Shown one piece after another: positions 24,985 through 38,416 of a DNA stretch of 64,000 nucleotides. Origin of the DNA: Calcarisporiella thermophila CBS 279.70 (Eukaryota; Fungi; Calcarisporiellomycota); assembly GCF_041956535.1 (NCBI RefSeq), contig NW_027192195.1:1116652-1180651 (forward strand), in the 5' to 3' direction. How positions within the stretch are numbered: position 1 is the stretch's first letter; each line of letters begins with the position of its first letter. Position numbers and translations under genes: made by a program. The notes beneath the pieces were generated by a model. It worked only from the letters and a program-made list of their open reading frames with translations, did not search any database and had not been told where the DNA came from.

Positions 24985-26300
24985 TATTACGTCGATTAGT
25001 TCGAAGGTCTTCTCGAGAGGTGGCGAAATTATTTCCAGTCACGTAATTTTTTCGCTATTAGGTTTTAAGGTAACACGGTGAGAGACGAGAGACAGGAATT
25101 ATATTCAAGGGATTATAAATAAAGGAGAACAAAAAAAGGGGAGGTATATCGCTAGTAATATTGATTATAGTTATATGATAAAAAGGAGTAGGAATAATTG
25201 TCATGTTTAAAGATTTCATTCGAGAATATGGAGAAATGCCGAATCCAATTTTAGATATCGAATCAAGGATAGGAAAAAAGTAATAAGTGCAAGGAGATCG
25301 ATAAACAAAAGGCGAAGTTAATTAATGTGTTTTGGATGAAAAATAGCCTGTTTCTAGTTATTCATATTCGCCTTCCTCTATACTAAAGCTCCCTGGATTC
25401 TCAACTATCCTCTCTGGATGCGAACTATCACTTGGATTTATGATTCGCTGCATTTTGTATTCTAGTTGTTACTAGTGTTCAATTTCGCTTGGTTGAGAGT
25501 TGTCCATTATGATAGATATTTTGGATCAATTGATATTGCAAACCACCGTATCATGTACTGTCGCCACCACTCCTAGTTAGTAGCCAACGATTTTAGTCTA
25601 TTCCAAAGATCTATATATTTCAAGCCTGACCAGACATGCCACATTTAGATACAGAGAATCAAAATTTACACAGTACAGTAGCGTCTGCAACAGTTAATTT
25701 ATTTTTCAAAATTGATATCTAGAGTGCACGTTCCTATGATTTGAGCCATGCGCCTCCTTTTGGTAGATAATCGAGCAGTTAGCACTTAAGCATTCTTGGG
25801 ACCTGCGAAGGTGTTTATCGTTCCCGTCGGGTAGAATATTCCAAGGAGGGGGCGGGTATCAGTGTGGAAGGATTGTGTTGCTGGAGTTTATGAATGTGTC
25901 CAGTGATCCTTGTGCCAAAGATTGAGAGGAGGTTAAGGGCCCTGCCTGCTTTGTAGTAATATAGTATTCAAGCTACTTTTCTTCTACAAAATTTTGTTTT
26001 CGTCAAAGAACACAAGCAAATTGCTCAAGAGAAGAGGAAAAGCGATTACAATGGAATAAGGTAAGCATGAAGAGAAAAGCAGAATTGAAAGAATAGTAAT
26101 AAAAAAAGAAAAAAGAAAAAAGAAAAAAAGGAAAAAAAAAATAATATCATACACAAAATAAAGCTGATGAAATAGGAGGAAGAAAGGAACAAAATTGGGG
26201 TGAATCGAGGAGAAAAATAAAATTGCAAAATAAAACCAATGTTCGAGAAAGGAAAAAGAAATCCTACAATTATATATATATCAACAAGCAGGGGTTATCA

Positions 26301-29300
26301 TCATGTTTTGGTCCACAATTGTCTCGGGCGGTGTGCTCGGTTTTTTTGGAAATAGAGGCCACATGCATTACACAGCTTTTGCTCGGGAGTCTCGCCCGCA
26401 CGCCATCCAGGTGTTTCGGTTGTCCCACAATTTGTACATTTCACCTCCATTCCCGCCCCTGCCGATATCGTCTGTGGTTGTGCCTGCCCGGCAGGTGTTA
26501 GCCCAGTGGAACTCGTAGACGTGGTCATCACAGGTGCGATTTTGGTGGCGGTTGGAAGCTTGGATGACTGGGAGAGATAGTAGTTGGAGGTCGGGGTATT
26601 GCCTTCGAAGGCCCGCTTGGGGGCGATGGCAGCTGCATTGGCGAGCTTCTCTGCAGTGGCGTTCATGGCTGCCATTGGACTGGAAGCGGTTGTCGTTGCC
26701 ATGGTCGAGGTGGGTGCTTTGGTCACGATCTTTGGAGTGAAATTCAATTCAGGAAGGGGAGCGTGTCTCGCAATGTCGAATAAACTTGTATGAAGCTCGC
26801 TCAACAACTTCTCCCGCTCCTTCTCTCCGACCCCATCTCCGTCGTTGCTCACGCCCTGGGTCAATGATCTGATCAATTTTGCGTTTGCCTGAAGCATCTC
26901 CTCCACGCTTTGCTTCGTGGAATCAGGAGCCATGATCCTTGCCTGCAGCTCGGAGAGGGTGTCTGCTTGCACTCCAGCCAATAATAAAAAGTCGAGATCC
27001 ACCTTGGAGCTCCGACAATTCTCAACCATCTCGCGATCCTGCTTACTTGTCTGGCGCGTTTTCTTCAGTGTGCTCAGTAGCTTCACGCTCCCAAACTCCA
27101 CCTCTGTCTTCTTCTCCTCCTCGTCCTCCTGCTCGCCCTTCATCTTTTCATCTTGATCATCGTTCGCGAGCGCCACGAGCTGTTTCGCAACCGAGTGAGC
27201 CCCTCGTGTTAGCCGCTCTATTCTGTCCTCGACATACTGCAGAATATCCTCATGCATTCCTTCCACAAAGGTAAGCAGACTTCTCACATAGGCTTCGCCG
27301 CGCTGATCAGCATAGACATTTCTTAGCCCATCGTCCATTCCTACTTTTGCGACCTGTCCGGCTGGCTGTCCCTTGGCCCCGGCAGCCCCTTGATGTGCGT
27401 AAGGGCCATAGTCCAAGTGACGTGCAGACCATTCCTCCCCACCCACCCCCCTTAGCCGGGGCGCCTTCCCAAATGAAGGATTAGAGATCCATTCACTCGA
27501 CTCTCCGACGATCAATGAGCCGTCAGGTGCAAAGGTCGGCTCCATGTCATTTTTCTTCTTCTTCTTTTTCTTCCCGCTCGTCAGGGCCGTCAGCACAGCC
27601 GTAGTGTTGGGGGTAGACTTATGTGGGGTCGAGGTCCGCGTGAAGGTTCCAGCACCCTCCTCACCTTGGCTGTGTCGGGGAGTGTTCTTTGTCGGGCGAA
27701 CATCGCCAAGTTCTAGGATATCGATTTCCTCTTCTTTCTGCTTTCCGGCCTGCCCATCTAACACATGGTGCCGCACTGCGGTTGCAATCCCTTGACCGAC
27801 AGAGGCAATAGGCGTGACGGCTTGAGCGGCTTGAGCCATCTCCTCTTCGGGTGAGAGAATGTTACCCCGCTCGCGCTCGATTGCCTTTTCCCCATATTGC
27901 AAGATGCGATCGGCCGTCCGGTAGTAGATAGTGCTCGGAGCATTATAGGTCTTCGCATTGGTCATGACCAGCAAAAAATCTGATTTGAAAGCATCAATGT
28001 CGCGGTACTCGCCGGCAGCAAGCTTTTTCTGCATTGTTCCAAAATCCATCGGGGTCTTGATGACGGAGAGATAGTCGGTCACGATGCTTGTATCCACTGG
28101 AGCGAGGAAAAAACCATAGGCATCTTTCCTGTAAGCAATAAAAATATACAAATCACTATGCAGCTGGTTAATCAATCACTTAGGAATTCTATCTTACTTG
28201 ATAAAGGCTTCGAGCAATTTTTGCAAAACAGTCCGAAGATCTTTCTTCCGTGGAGCCCACTGACGAGGTTGTTTTGAACGCGAGCCCTTCTTTTTGCCAG
28301 TGCTCGAGCCTTTTTTTCCTTGCCTCGTTTCGCCACCCTGAGAAATGGACTTGTTGGCCACGCTCGAATTATCGTACCCAGGTACTGGAGTAAGCGGTTC
28401 AAATTGCTGCTGCTGGCGAAATACAGGGTCTTCACGAATCAAATGAGCAGGCGTCAGACTTTGCCTTGAGCCCATCGACTCGCTGTCTGTGTCGGTTGTA
28501 TATGATAGGCGGCGAGATTTGGGGGAGTGCCGCATGGAGCTGGCTGAAGCTGAGGGTGCCCTGTTCAACCTACCCTCCTCCGCAGGAGTGCCATCAGACC
28601 CGATCGAGCTGTACGAACGCTTACCACCAGAGCTCTGACGTCTCGCAGTCGCACCGTTTGTGGCGGGAGATGTGTAATCAACGACTCCTTCTTCATAATA
28701 TTCTTCGTCATTGTCGGATATTTCCATCTTTGTTACATCCGACTCTCTATCTGCCATTAGATTGTCCTCATCAACATCCTCCTCCACCTCATCCTTGGTA
28801 TCCTCTCGAGCTCTAGGTGCAGCAGGGTGTTTGCCCTGACCGGGTATTGTTTTTCCAGCATAGGATGAGTGTGAGGGTGCGGCTCTTGAGCCCTTTTCAT
28901 GCTTATGCTTCTTTTTCCTCCCCCGTTCCTTGTTTTCCTTTCTCTCCTTCTGCGCAGGAGCTCTTCCAGCGGCCGAAGAAATGAGCCGTAGTTTTATTTT
29001 TGGTCTTTCCTCCTCTGCACGTCTAGACCGCTCTCGACTGTCTACATCTTCTGAATCAACATCCACGAGTCGATCATCAACTTCAGACAGATCATTACTG
29101 TCAAAATCTGAAGCTTCTTCCCACTCTTTGCCTCTGTGCCACTGATCAGGTTCGTAAGATTCGTCCGAGTCTATTCCATCCAATGGGTCATCATGATTTG
29201 AATATTGGATTGAGGGGCGGGTTGAATTATCATGGGTCTGTGAGGATGTGAAGTTGGCAGAAGCAGGTGTGGAGGCACGATTGCCTAGCTTGAGGGAGAT

Positions 29301-29683
29301 TTTAAGGCGTGGTTTCGGGGGATCTTGTGAATCTGGACAAAATCAAGAGGTGTTAGCGTCGAAATCGCATAGCATGATCAAGTGAAAAACGAACAGGACA
29401 AAAGTGAGCAAAAGGAAATAGTGGATTAGGTGGAGAATCGGGGGTAAGAATTAAAGGAGAGGCTTTTGTAAAGGAGGCCCCTCTACCCCCCCACATTCTC
29501 CATGCTATTCCACTCACTAAATGAACATATATGGGTGTGTGGATATACACACACCAACAAATAAAAGAAAAATTCCAAGGGAAAAATGGAAATGGAAAAG
29601 AAAAACTCACCAGCAGTAACAGAAGTCTGATTATCTTTTGTCCAACTCTTCACTTTTGATTTGGACGAGTTTCTCGACTTCAT
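26301..29683 (-). CDS. BRD7/BRD9-like bromodomain protein with C-terminal GATA zinc finger; first exon tentative
   Basis: KDAYGFFLAPVD...DYLSVIKTPMDFGTM...NAKTYNAPSTIYY bromodomain; LDYGPY and YVRSLLTF segments; CTNC-x18-CNAC GATA finger. Confidence 0.82.
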
Positions 29684-29965
29684 CTTTTCTTTTTCCCTCC
29701 CTCAAACTTTTTTTACGTCTCGCTCAGCTTTGTCTACTGCTCCTTCAGGGATCTAATGGAAATCGGGCGATTGACGTCATCCCATTTTAATGAGTAGATA
29801 TTCTAAAATTTCATACTAGCAGAGCGAAAAGAGGAGCATAACATAGCCGAAGAGCCTATCGCTTTGGGATTGTGTGAATGTAACATAGAGTGGATTAGAT
29901 GCCAATGTTCTATTCACTTTTCATCATCTAAAAAGCAAATTTATAATGAAAATAACATAAAAATT

Positions 29966-31713
29966 CTACAAATTATCCACGCCTTCCTTCGCTTCGTCTT
30001 CGCTTCGTTGACTCAGCCCACCAGAGGTAGCACTGGATACAAGCTCAACAATGCGGGAACCATTTCGTGCCTCCTTTATCCGCTCCCATCTCCCCAACTT
30101 CGGCTCCTGCCCAATGCCGGCCGCTAGCCAAATACTTCCCGCCTTCACCAATCCCGCCCCCAATGTTTCCAGTGCCAAGTCGTTTACATAGCCGACCATG
30201 GGCACCGCACTCACTTGCTCGAATTTTTTCAACCCGCCATCTATTCTCCACAGCCGTACATACCCATCACATGAGCCGCTCGCAAACAAATCCGAATACC
30301 GTAGTGTGGCTAGAGAGGTGATCCAATAAGGTGTCGAAATGCTACCTTCGGACTCTGATTGATGGACACGTAGTCCATGAGCTTGAGGGCAGGTGAAGAT
30401 GGGTTTTTTCTTATTGATATTCCAGAGGCAGATGGTACCGGAGTCACCTCCCGTCAAGAAATGCTCTTCGTCTACCAGGGCAATGACGTCGAGGGAGCCC
30501 TCTACAAACCGCGGACGGCCAGAACCATCCAAGTCTTTTGTTACGGCGCCGCCCCGGAAGACAAGTTGCGATTCCTCCACAATCTTCCATAGCCGAGCGG
30601 TGCGATCCCGCCCCCCAGTGGTGACGCAGCGCTCACGAGTCAAGGTATCCACCGAAGTGATGATATCTTGGTGGCCAAATCTATGATTCAACGAATAGGT
30701 TAGCACGATGTTGCCAAGAGAGAGAGCACGAATCCGGAAGTACTAACAGCGTCTCAACATAGGCTAACTCGTCCACGTTCCAAACCTTCACCGTTCGATC
30801 GTGTGAGACGGAATATAATTGATTTGTTCCCTTCCTGAACGCTAACCCAGATATTGCGTCCTTGTGCTGGGTGAAACACTTAAGGTGCCGATTTTCTGCT
30901 ATGCTCCATACGTTGATTTTACGATCACGTCCCCCGCTGGCAAGATATTTGCCATCATAACTGGTTGCGAGACAAAGGACGTGGCCAACATGGCCTATGT
31001 GAGTGCGAGAGTCGGAGGCGCGCCCACCAGCATAGGTGTGGAGCCTTTTCCCGGTGCGCGCATCCCATTTGACGATAGAGCCATCTTTGGCACCTGTGTA
31101 TAATATGCCTGTATCTGTGAATGCAATGCTTGTAACACTGAGCTTGTGACCTCGACATGTCCGTACAGTGGAAGGATCAATTGGAAATTTAAGCTATGCC
31201 AGAAAGAGTCAGTCATTTTCTTTGCCCTGAAGATATGTGCAAAGAGCACAAGGAATGGCTTCAAAAGTGAAGGACATACAGTATCTGCCACCCGCCGGTG
31301 CATTTTCCCTGTTGTCTCCAAAACATCTTTTTTCAACCGCTCCGCAATTAAATCTCGATCAATTTCCGCTGCATCGAACCCTCCTTCATCTAAATTCAGG
31401 GCAAAAAGTGAGGAAAGATCAGACCAACTTCTATCGCTTTCTGACGGGATGAGCCACGGGGGGACATACCAATATCCTCTTCAATTTTACGGATATACGT
31501 CTTAGCTAGTCTTAATCTCTTCTCAGCCGCGGTCTCCCGTTTATCCTCATCGCTCTCCTCTTCAACCTCGCTTGCCTCCAAATCCATGTCATCGATTCCT
31601 CCTGGACCAATATCATCCTCCTCCAATTCATCACGATCCTTTGAAGAGCGTTTGCCATTAGCGGCAAGGGGTTTCTTGCGTTTTCGAGAGGTTATGAAAA
31701 AGGGATCGGACAT
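29966..31713 (-). CDS. RRP9: U3 snoRNP WD40 protein Rrp9/U3-55K, multi-exon
   Basis: ETAAEKRLRLAK, FGHQDII, RERCVTTGGRDRTARLWKIVEESQLVF, GQEPKLGRW. Confidence 0.93.
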
Positions 31714-32393
31714 GTCGATTGGGAGATATTGCTCAAGTACACCTAATCCAGAGAGGGGGGGAAACACGAGTCGAGTTAACTAGAAAGCTTAAGGCAGTGT
31801 GGCTTGTGTTTATTACAATTAAGTAGTCCTTTTTGTAGTCACTCAGTGGCAACGGTCACAATTCAACTAGAAGGGAATTTGCGCACCTATCCTAAGGTAA
31901 TATCCAAATAGGTACCCCCACTTTATTTTTCGTGGAAAATAGCAGGTCCACACAAGCATCTTTCAATTTAAAAAATAAAATAAAAGAAATAGATAAAGGA
32001 TGTATCTGATTATTAAAGTTACTAATCAATTTCTTGAGGTGCATGTTCCAAATTGCCCGGAAATGAATAGAAGAATACATACCTGTAAATTCTATTAAAG
32101 AAACTGCTTGAAATAGGAAAGACGAATTGTCGGGAATGATAGTCGAGAAGACTGACATCGAAGAGGGCGTAATCAGCATGAGGAGAGAAGTAAAGATCAT
32201 TTTCATGCTCCCCTTCATTTTATCTCAGCCAGATTCTTCAAGTCTCACTATCACAACTGATCGAAAATGATGGTATTCAATTCAGTGGGTGGATGGCGAA
32301 AGAGTTGGATTGTTAAATTTTACAAGTCAATAAGTATGTACAAAGCGTGAGAGACAAATAAAAATGAAATAGCATCCATAAGACAATATCGAC

Positions 32394-33618
32394 TTAAAAA
32401 TCCGCATCCAATACTAGAGTTCCCATGTCGTCCCTGTTGCTGTTCACGACGCCTGCGCGCTGATAGTCGGAAACGCGCTTCTCGAAGAAGTTGGTCTTGC
32501 CCTCAAGGGAGATTAAGTCCATGAAGTCGAACGGATTCTCCACGTTGTAATGACGTGGGCATCCTAAGGCGACAAGCAAGCGATCTGCAACGAACTCTAT
32601 GTAGCGGCACATAAGAGTGGCGTTCATTCCGATGAGAGCCACAGGGAGGGCATTGGTAAGGAAGTCCTGCTCAATCGTGACGGCCTCGGTAATGATTTTG
32701 TTAATGATGGTTTCGGATGGCCGGTTTCGCAACAGGGAAAAGAGCAGGCAGGCAAAATCCGTGTGAAGGCCCTCGTCGCGTGAAATCAACTCATTGGAGA
32801 AGGTCAGCCCTGGCATCAGGCCACGCTTTCTCAGCCAGAAAATAGCAGCAAACGAGCCGGAAAAGAAAATCCCCTCGACCGCTGCAAACGCAATTAAGCG
32901 GGTAGCGAAGCTGGAGTCCCTGTCCGAGATCCAGCGCAAGGCCCAGCCGGCCTTCAGCTTGATACACGGCACTGTCTCAATAGCATCGAATAGATAGTCA
33001 CGTTGAGCTGAGTCCTTGATGTAGGTATCGATGAGGAGACTTTGAATGGAAAGGCATTAGCATCAAATCAAGACGACCCAGAAGGCCGAGCAGGAGGGGA
33101 TCGCTCACCTGTACATCTCCGAATGAATATTCTCCATCATAATCTGGAATCCGTAAAAGCACCTGGCTTCTGGGATCTGCACCTCGTTCGAAAAGCGCTC
33201 GACTAGGTTTTCATTGACGATGCCATCAGAGGCAGCGAAAAACGCGAGCACGTGGGAGATAAACTTGCGCTCATCTGCGGTCAGGTTATGCTCCCAGTCG
33301 TAGACATCCTTTGAGAGATCGACCTCCTCCGCGGTCCAAAAGGAGGCCTCGGCCTTCTTATACATTTGCCATACCTAGAGATGAGGAGGAAAAGGCAGAG
33401 GGTCAGGGTGAGCCGGCTTTCCAACACGTGGGTAGGCCGCAGCTACTTACTTCGTGGTATTTGATTGGGAAAAGGACAAATCGGCGTGGATTCGGGGTAA
33501 GTATCGGCTCTTCCATTTCTTGCTCCTTGAGCTGTGCGATTTTCGTGGGTACATCGGCTAGGATTTTTTCCGCTTCCTGAGGGGCTGCCATAGAGGGAGA
33601 GGGCGATGACGTGTGCAT
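32394..33618 (-). CDS. RNR2: Ribonucleotide reductase small subunit, 3 exons
   Basis: [53 protein letters not shown]-terminal LDADF. Confidence 0.97.
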
Positions 33619-35382
33619 AAGTCTAGAGTCGTAGCAAGAGCGATATGATTAAGGCTGGCGAGGGGAGGCGGTGGAGAGAATCGAGACTTGATATATGGAG
33701 TGAAGACGGCAGAACTTTTTTAAAAGCAAGCCATTTTTATATAATGAATCTCGTAATTCAGAGTGCGACCAATCAGCGGGAAGGCAAACAACTTCGGAAC
33801 AAACACAAGAAACAGAAATCGAAACATTTTTTAGAGAGGATACACGACAATCGTCGATGATTATAGGAGCGAACACCGCGCAGGTCAGACCGGTCGGTTC
33901 CCCATGCCAATAGGAAATGCGGCCCAGTTCCTCGCACACTCCCAGTTGACCGAAACCTTCATATTGAAGAAACCCACGTGCGGGCCAACTCGATCTTCAT
34001 ATCAGAGGGTTTGATCGAATGACTAATTTTCTGGTCTAGGACCGTCTTGGGTCTCTTGAATAAAGCAATCTCCATGCCTGCTCTCTGTATCTAAACGAGT
34101 CGTGGGAACCCCTCGGCAGCCGAATCGCTAGCGAGGACAAGGCCAACTTGAAGAGCGGCTAGCCTTTTTTCGTGGAAGACTCGGTCGGGGGGGGGGGGAG
34201 GTCGTAGCTCCGTGGGAGGTGACGAATACCCAACCAAAGGAACGCAATTCGCCGCTACCCGCTCTCGCCATCATTGCTAAGGAAAAGTTAGCAATCGCTT
34301 AATATTTGTCAAAGGAGTGGATGCTCGGATTCAATGGTCTAATATAGTGTATATCGGCTTAGAAATAAGATGAAAGCGGCCATCCCCTCCGATAAGGAGC
34401 ACACTCCCCATACCCCCCCGATGCGGGCGAAATTCCGTCTTAGACCATTATTGCTGAGCCTGCCAAACAAACAACAAAGTTGTGGCCCGTCCAACCTATC
34501 TAAATTAATTCATCCACGAAATAGGTTTTAAATTAATATCGACAGCGGCAGTCAGGCTCGGCTCAGCGTCTGGCAGAACAACGAAAAGTGATCCAGTTCG
34601 CTCTGGGCCTGAAAGATCCCGATGTGAATAGGATATGAATATGGGTAAGAGTCTAAATATAGAAGAGGTGGGCAGGAGGATAGGATATTCGTCAGCAAAG
34701 TGGAGCAATGGAGGCGTAGCTGCCATTCTATCTGATATGGATCGATCCGTTGATATTCACGATGCATCGCCTCCATGCAGCGTAAGATATTTAAGGGCTG
34801 CCTAGCTAACTTGGTGGAGAAATCGCTCGTGCGCCAAATCTCCTCGAGATATAAGGGACACCCATCAAATATTTTGACATTTCATATTTGCCCTGTCGAC
34901 GGGGGGATGGGAGAGGAGGGAGAGTCGGGGATCGGTGCTTAGAAATATGCCTTAAGACCTCTCTTATTGCTAAGCTTCGGCAGCCATGCATACTTGAAAT
35001 ATTTTACAGGAAAATCCGCTGACGAGCTTTACTTCCTCGAATCCATTAAATCCCCGATCCGCAGTCCACTTGCAATTTCCCGATGGCCAAATGACGCATA
35101 CCTTTGGGTTAACTCTCCGATGGCCCTCCTGTGTATTCCTGTCTGGCATGCTTATGCCTTCCTCCTGTTGACTTCCCTCTTTCGGCAGCGTGTAACCTTA
35201 TTCCTTGAATGGCATTTTCCCTTAATTAAATATCCGAGAATATGGGCAAGGTTCATATATATATAAATATATCGGCCTTTGCACGGGGTTGGTCTTGTTT
35301 GCTAAAAGAAAACAAGCGGATCCGCTGTGAAGAGCTGCCTCCTTCCTCCCCCTTCCTCCTCCCCCTTCCCCACTCATCCATC

Positions 35383-36484
35383 ATGAATATACCATTCGAC
35401 ATTTCCCAACAACTCCCATGGTCGCCCCCTCCCACGCCGGGCAAACAGGACGCCCTCCCCACGCCGGATCAGTTCGAGTCCATCATCGACGATTACCTCT
35501 CCTCGCTCTCCCCCAAAAAGCGAGACAAGGCCCTCATCACCCAGGACATGTATGACCATATCCTCCGCGTCCTCCTCGACCCGCGCAACACCCAGAACTC
35601 CACCGCCCAGTTTCGCTTTTGGTCGAAGCGCATGTTTACCCTTGCGATGCACCACGGGCGGCCGGTGATATTGCATGAGGGGAAGCCTGTGGCGGTGAGG
35701 GAGGAGATTTACGACATCCTAGTGCGGTGCCACCGCGCGGCGTCCCACGGGGGCCGAGATAAAACCTCTTCCCTGGTAATGAACCTAGTTTTCCCCTCCC
35801 CCTCCAGATCCCTTCTCTAACCGGATCGGCTTTCTTCTTAACTAGATTCGCCGGCATTACTCATGGATTCCAAAGGAGCTGGTCGCTCGCTTCGTAAGGA
35901 GCTGCCCGTATTGCACCTCTCGCCGCGTTTCCGTTCGGACGACCCCGACCTCTCCCGCCACCACTCTCTCCTCCTCACCCCCCGCTCATTTGCTTCACTT
36001 CTCGCCTCAAGTAGCCTTATTCAGCGCCCCCACTCTTCCCACCGCTTCAAGCCAGCGCGTTTCCCCTAGTGCGCCGTGGGAATTCACCCCACACATCAAG
36101 GAGGAGGACTGGTATCCGACTGGCTTGGTTACAACGGAATCGGCAGGGGAGGAGATGCCAAGCTGGCCCTACCAAACGTCACCACTGGAATTGCGCGATA
36201 TCGCATCCATGCACGAGGTCATCCCCATCAACCTACAAGAAATGCTGGAGGGATGCTATGACCTGGGGGTGGATGCGATTGGGCTGTCGGGGACAGCCGC
36301 CGGCGAGCCGGTAAAGGAATGCGGGACTGACGGGGAGTTGCTGGGCCTATCCACCGAAGATATCCACCAGCTGTTGCATAGCTTGACGCCTATGGGAGGA
36401 GCAGAGAGCGAATCGCCCTTCCGTCGGAGCGTCAAGTTTGAAAAGGCGGGGATCGCTAGGGACGAGCGGCAGGTTGCGCTCTGA
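35383..36484 (+). CDS. Integrase zinc-binding (H2C2) domain protein without a catalytic core, 2 exons
   Basis: FRFWSKRMF, GKPVAVREEIYDIL..CH...HGGRDKT, then after the intron IRRHYSWIPKELVARFVRSCPYC. Confidence 0.75.
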
Positions 36485-37035
36485 GGAGGACCAACCCGTG
36501 TTTTGTAGTATAATTCCAAGTGTGTCTTTATTTTTCGTAGAACTATCTCATTGCTTTTTATTTCACTTTATTAGTTCTTGGTTACTTTTTACTTTATATG
36601 AAAAGTTTGGGTTTAGCTAAAAAATCCGCCCTCGTTATGATATCCCTTGATGGTATGATATGCCCTCCCCCTCCTTCGACTTAAGCTATGTATTTTTTTT
36701 TTCGCTCGATTCCCAAACTTTTGTATGCATTTTCCATTGCTGTACGTTTGTCTTATAGTGTTGTACAGTTAATCTTTCTAGCATACTCTTCACGTTTTTT
36801 TTTGGTCATCATGTTTATTTTTGTTTTCATAGCTTTGATCGTACTCTTATAATGTGGTTCAATCTTTTATTTTCATTATATAATGACGTATCCACCAAAA
36901 ATATCCCCGATAAAAGAATGTTGGAAATTTTCGAAAAAATTTGAAGTCTTGGTATTTGTCATAGCTCGCTTTTTTATATTACCCTGTTTTATTTTAAAAA
37001 AAATCTAAATCGTTAACTTCATCCATCACAACACA

Positions 37036-37796
37036 ATGGGATTTATTGAAGAGCTCAAGTCTAAAAATTTTTCGATCTACGCGCAATGGTACTCTATCAC
37101 GTTATCTTGTCAATCAGATGGAATCCATAGCTAATCCCTTTCCATGTTTAAAATAGGGCGGGTCTAGTGTCGATTTTACGTAAGTAACAAGGATGATTTA
37201 TTTGCAAGGTGGACCAGGATAACCTATAATCCAATCTCTGTAGTACTTCTCATATTTGGCATCCTTGGCGTCGTTACCTTAGGCAATCTGGTGTTTGGCA
37301 TCATCGGGTTGATTATGGCAGCTATTCTAGCTTTTGTCGAGATCCCGCTCTGCCTAAAGGTATGGGTTGTTTTATTCGGGCTAAATGCAAGAACACACGT
37401 ATTGATGCTTAAATTAATGGCTATAGTGTTGTCCTGTGAGTGATCGTTTTGATGGATTCATCAAGGTCTTTGAAAACCATTACCTAAGAGCAGTGCTATA
37501 CCTAGTGTAATAATAACTTTATTCCTTTGTGAGGTCCCTGTGTTTTGCTAAGGGTATATTCCTTTTTCAGGTTCGCCGTGGTTATGTTCCTCTCCCATTT
37601 CCTTGGCTCTACCGGCCTTATTGCCGCGGGTGTTGCCCTGCTCCTTGGCTGCATCTTCTATGGTAGGAGACTTTCTATTTTATTCCTCGGTGGATGTGTA
37701 TTCATGCTGTTCTATCCCCTTTTCCTAATAGCTATCGCTGCATTTACCCACCAAGAGCATGCCGCTTCCAGTTTCACTGGGGGCGCAAGTGTCTAA
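37036..37796 (+). CDS. TVP18: Golgi membrane protein Tvp18, multi-exon
   Basis: MGFIEELKSKNFSIYAQW, FVEIPLCLK.CP, YLRAVLY, C-terminal SSFTGG. Confidence 0.85.
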
Positions 37797-38416
37797 GTCG
37801 AGATATCATACACCATTTCCTATAAAAGCCTTAAAAAAAGTTAATAAACTTAGCTTGTGTTGAGTGTATTTCTATTTCTATTCTTCGTTGGCCTATTCTT
37901 TTTTTTTATTGCATTTTTTTCTAGTTTTTGTGCTAAACATGGTTTCTCCTTCGTATGCTTGGCATTCTCGGTTCTGATTTCCTTCCTCTAGTGGCCCAAA
38001 GGGGGATGAAAGAATAGAGGTTGGAGTCTTCGATAGAAATCGGAAGAGGCTTTTTTATTTTTATTTTTTTGATTTCGCAAAAGCTTTTTCCCTCCCGACG
38101 CCGCTTAGCCGCGCCGAGAATGGAGGGGGGGCTGATTGCATCTCAGCCATGAAAGGCCAGCAAAGGAAAAGAATTTCCCTGGTGGCAACAGGAATGATCC
38201 AAGCAAAAAGTCTGAAATTCACCACCGATGAGGTATTATTGAAAAAAAACTCGATTTCAAATCTATTCACTTTTTCCTCGTTCCCCCCTCTCAATCCTTG
38301 ATTGCCCCCCAATCTTCCATCATCCTTTGCTTTTGCTCCGTCTCGCTTACTGCTCTAGAAGATCTGCTTCATTTCATTCCTTCTGTCTTTTTCCTTCCGG
38401 CTCCACCCTTTGAAGA

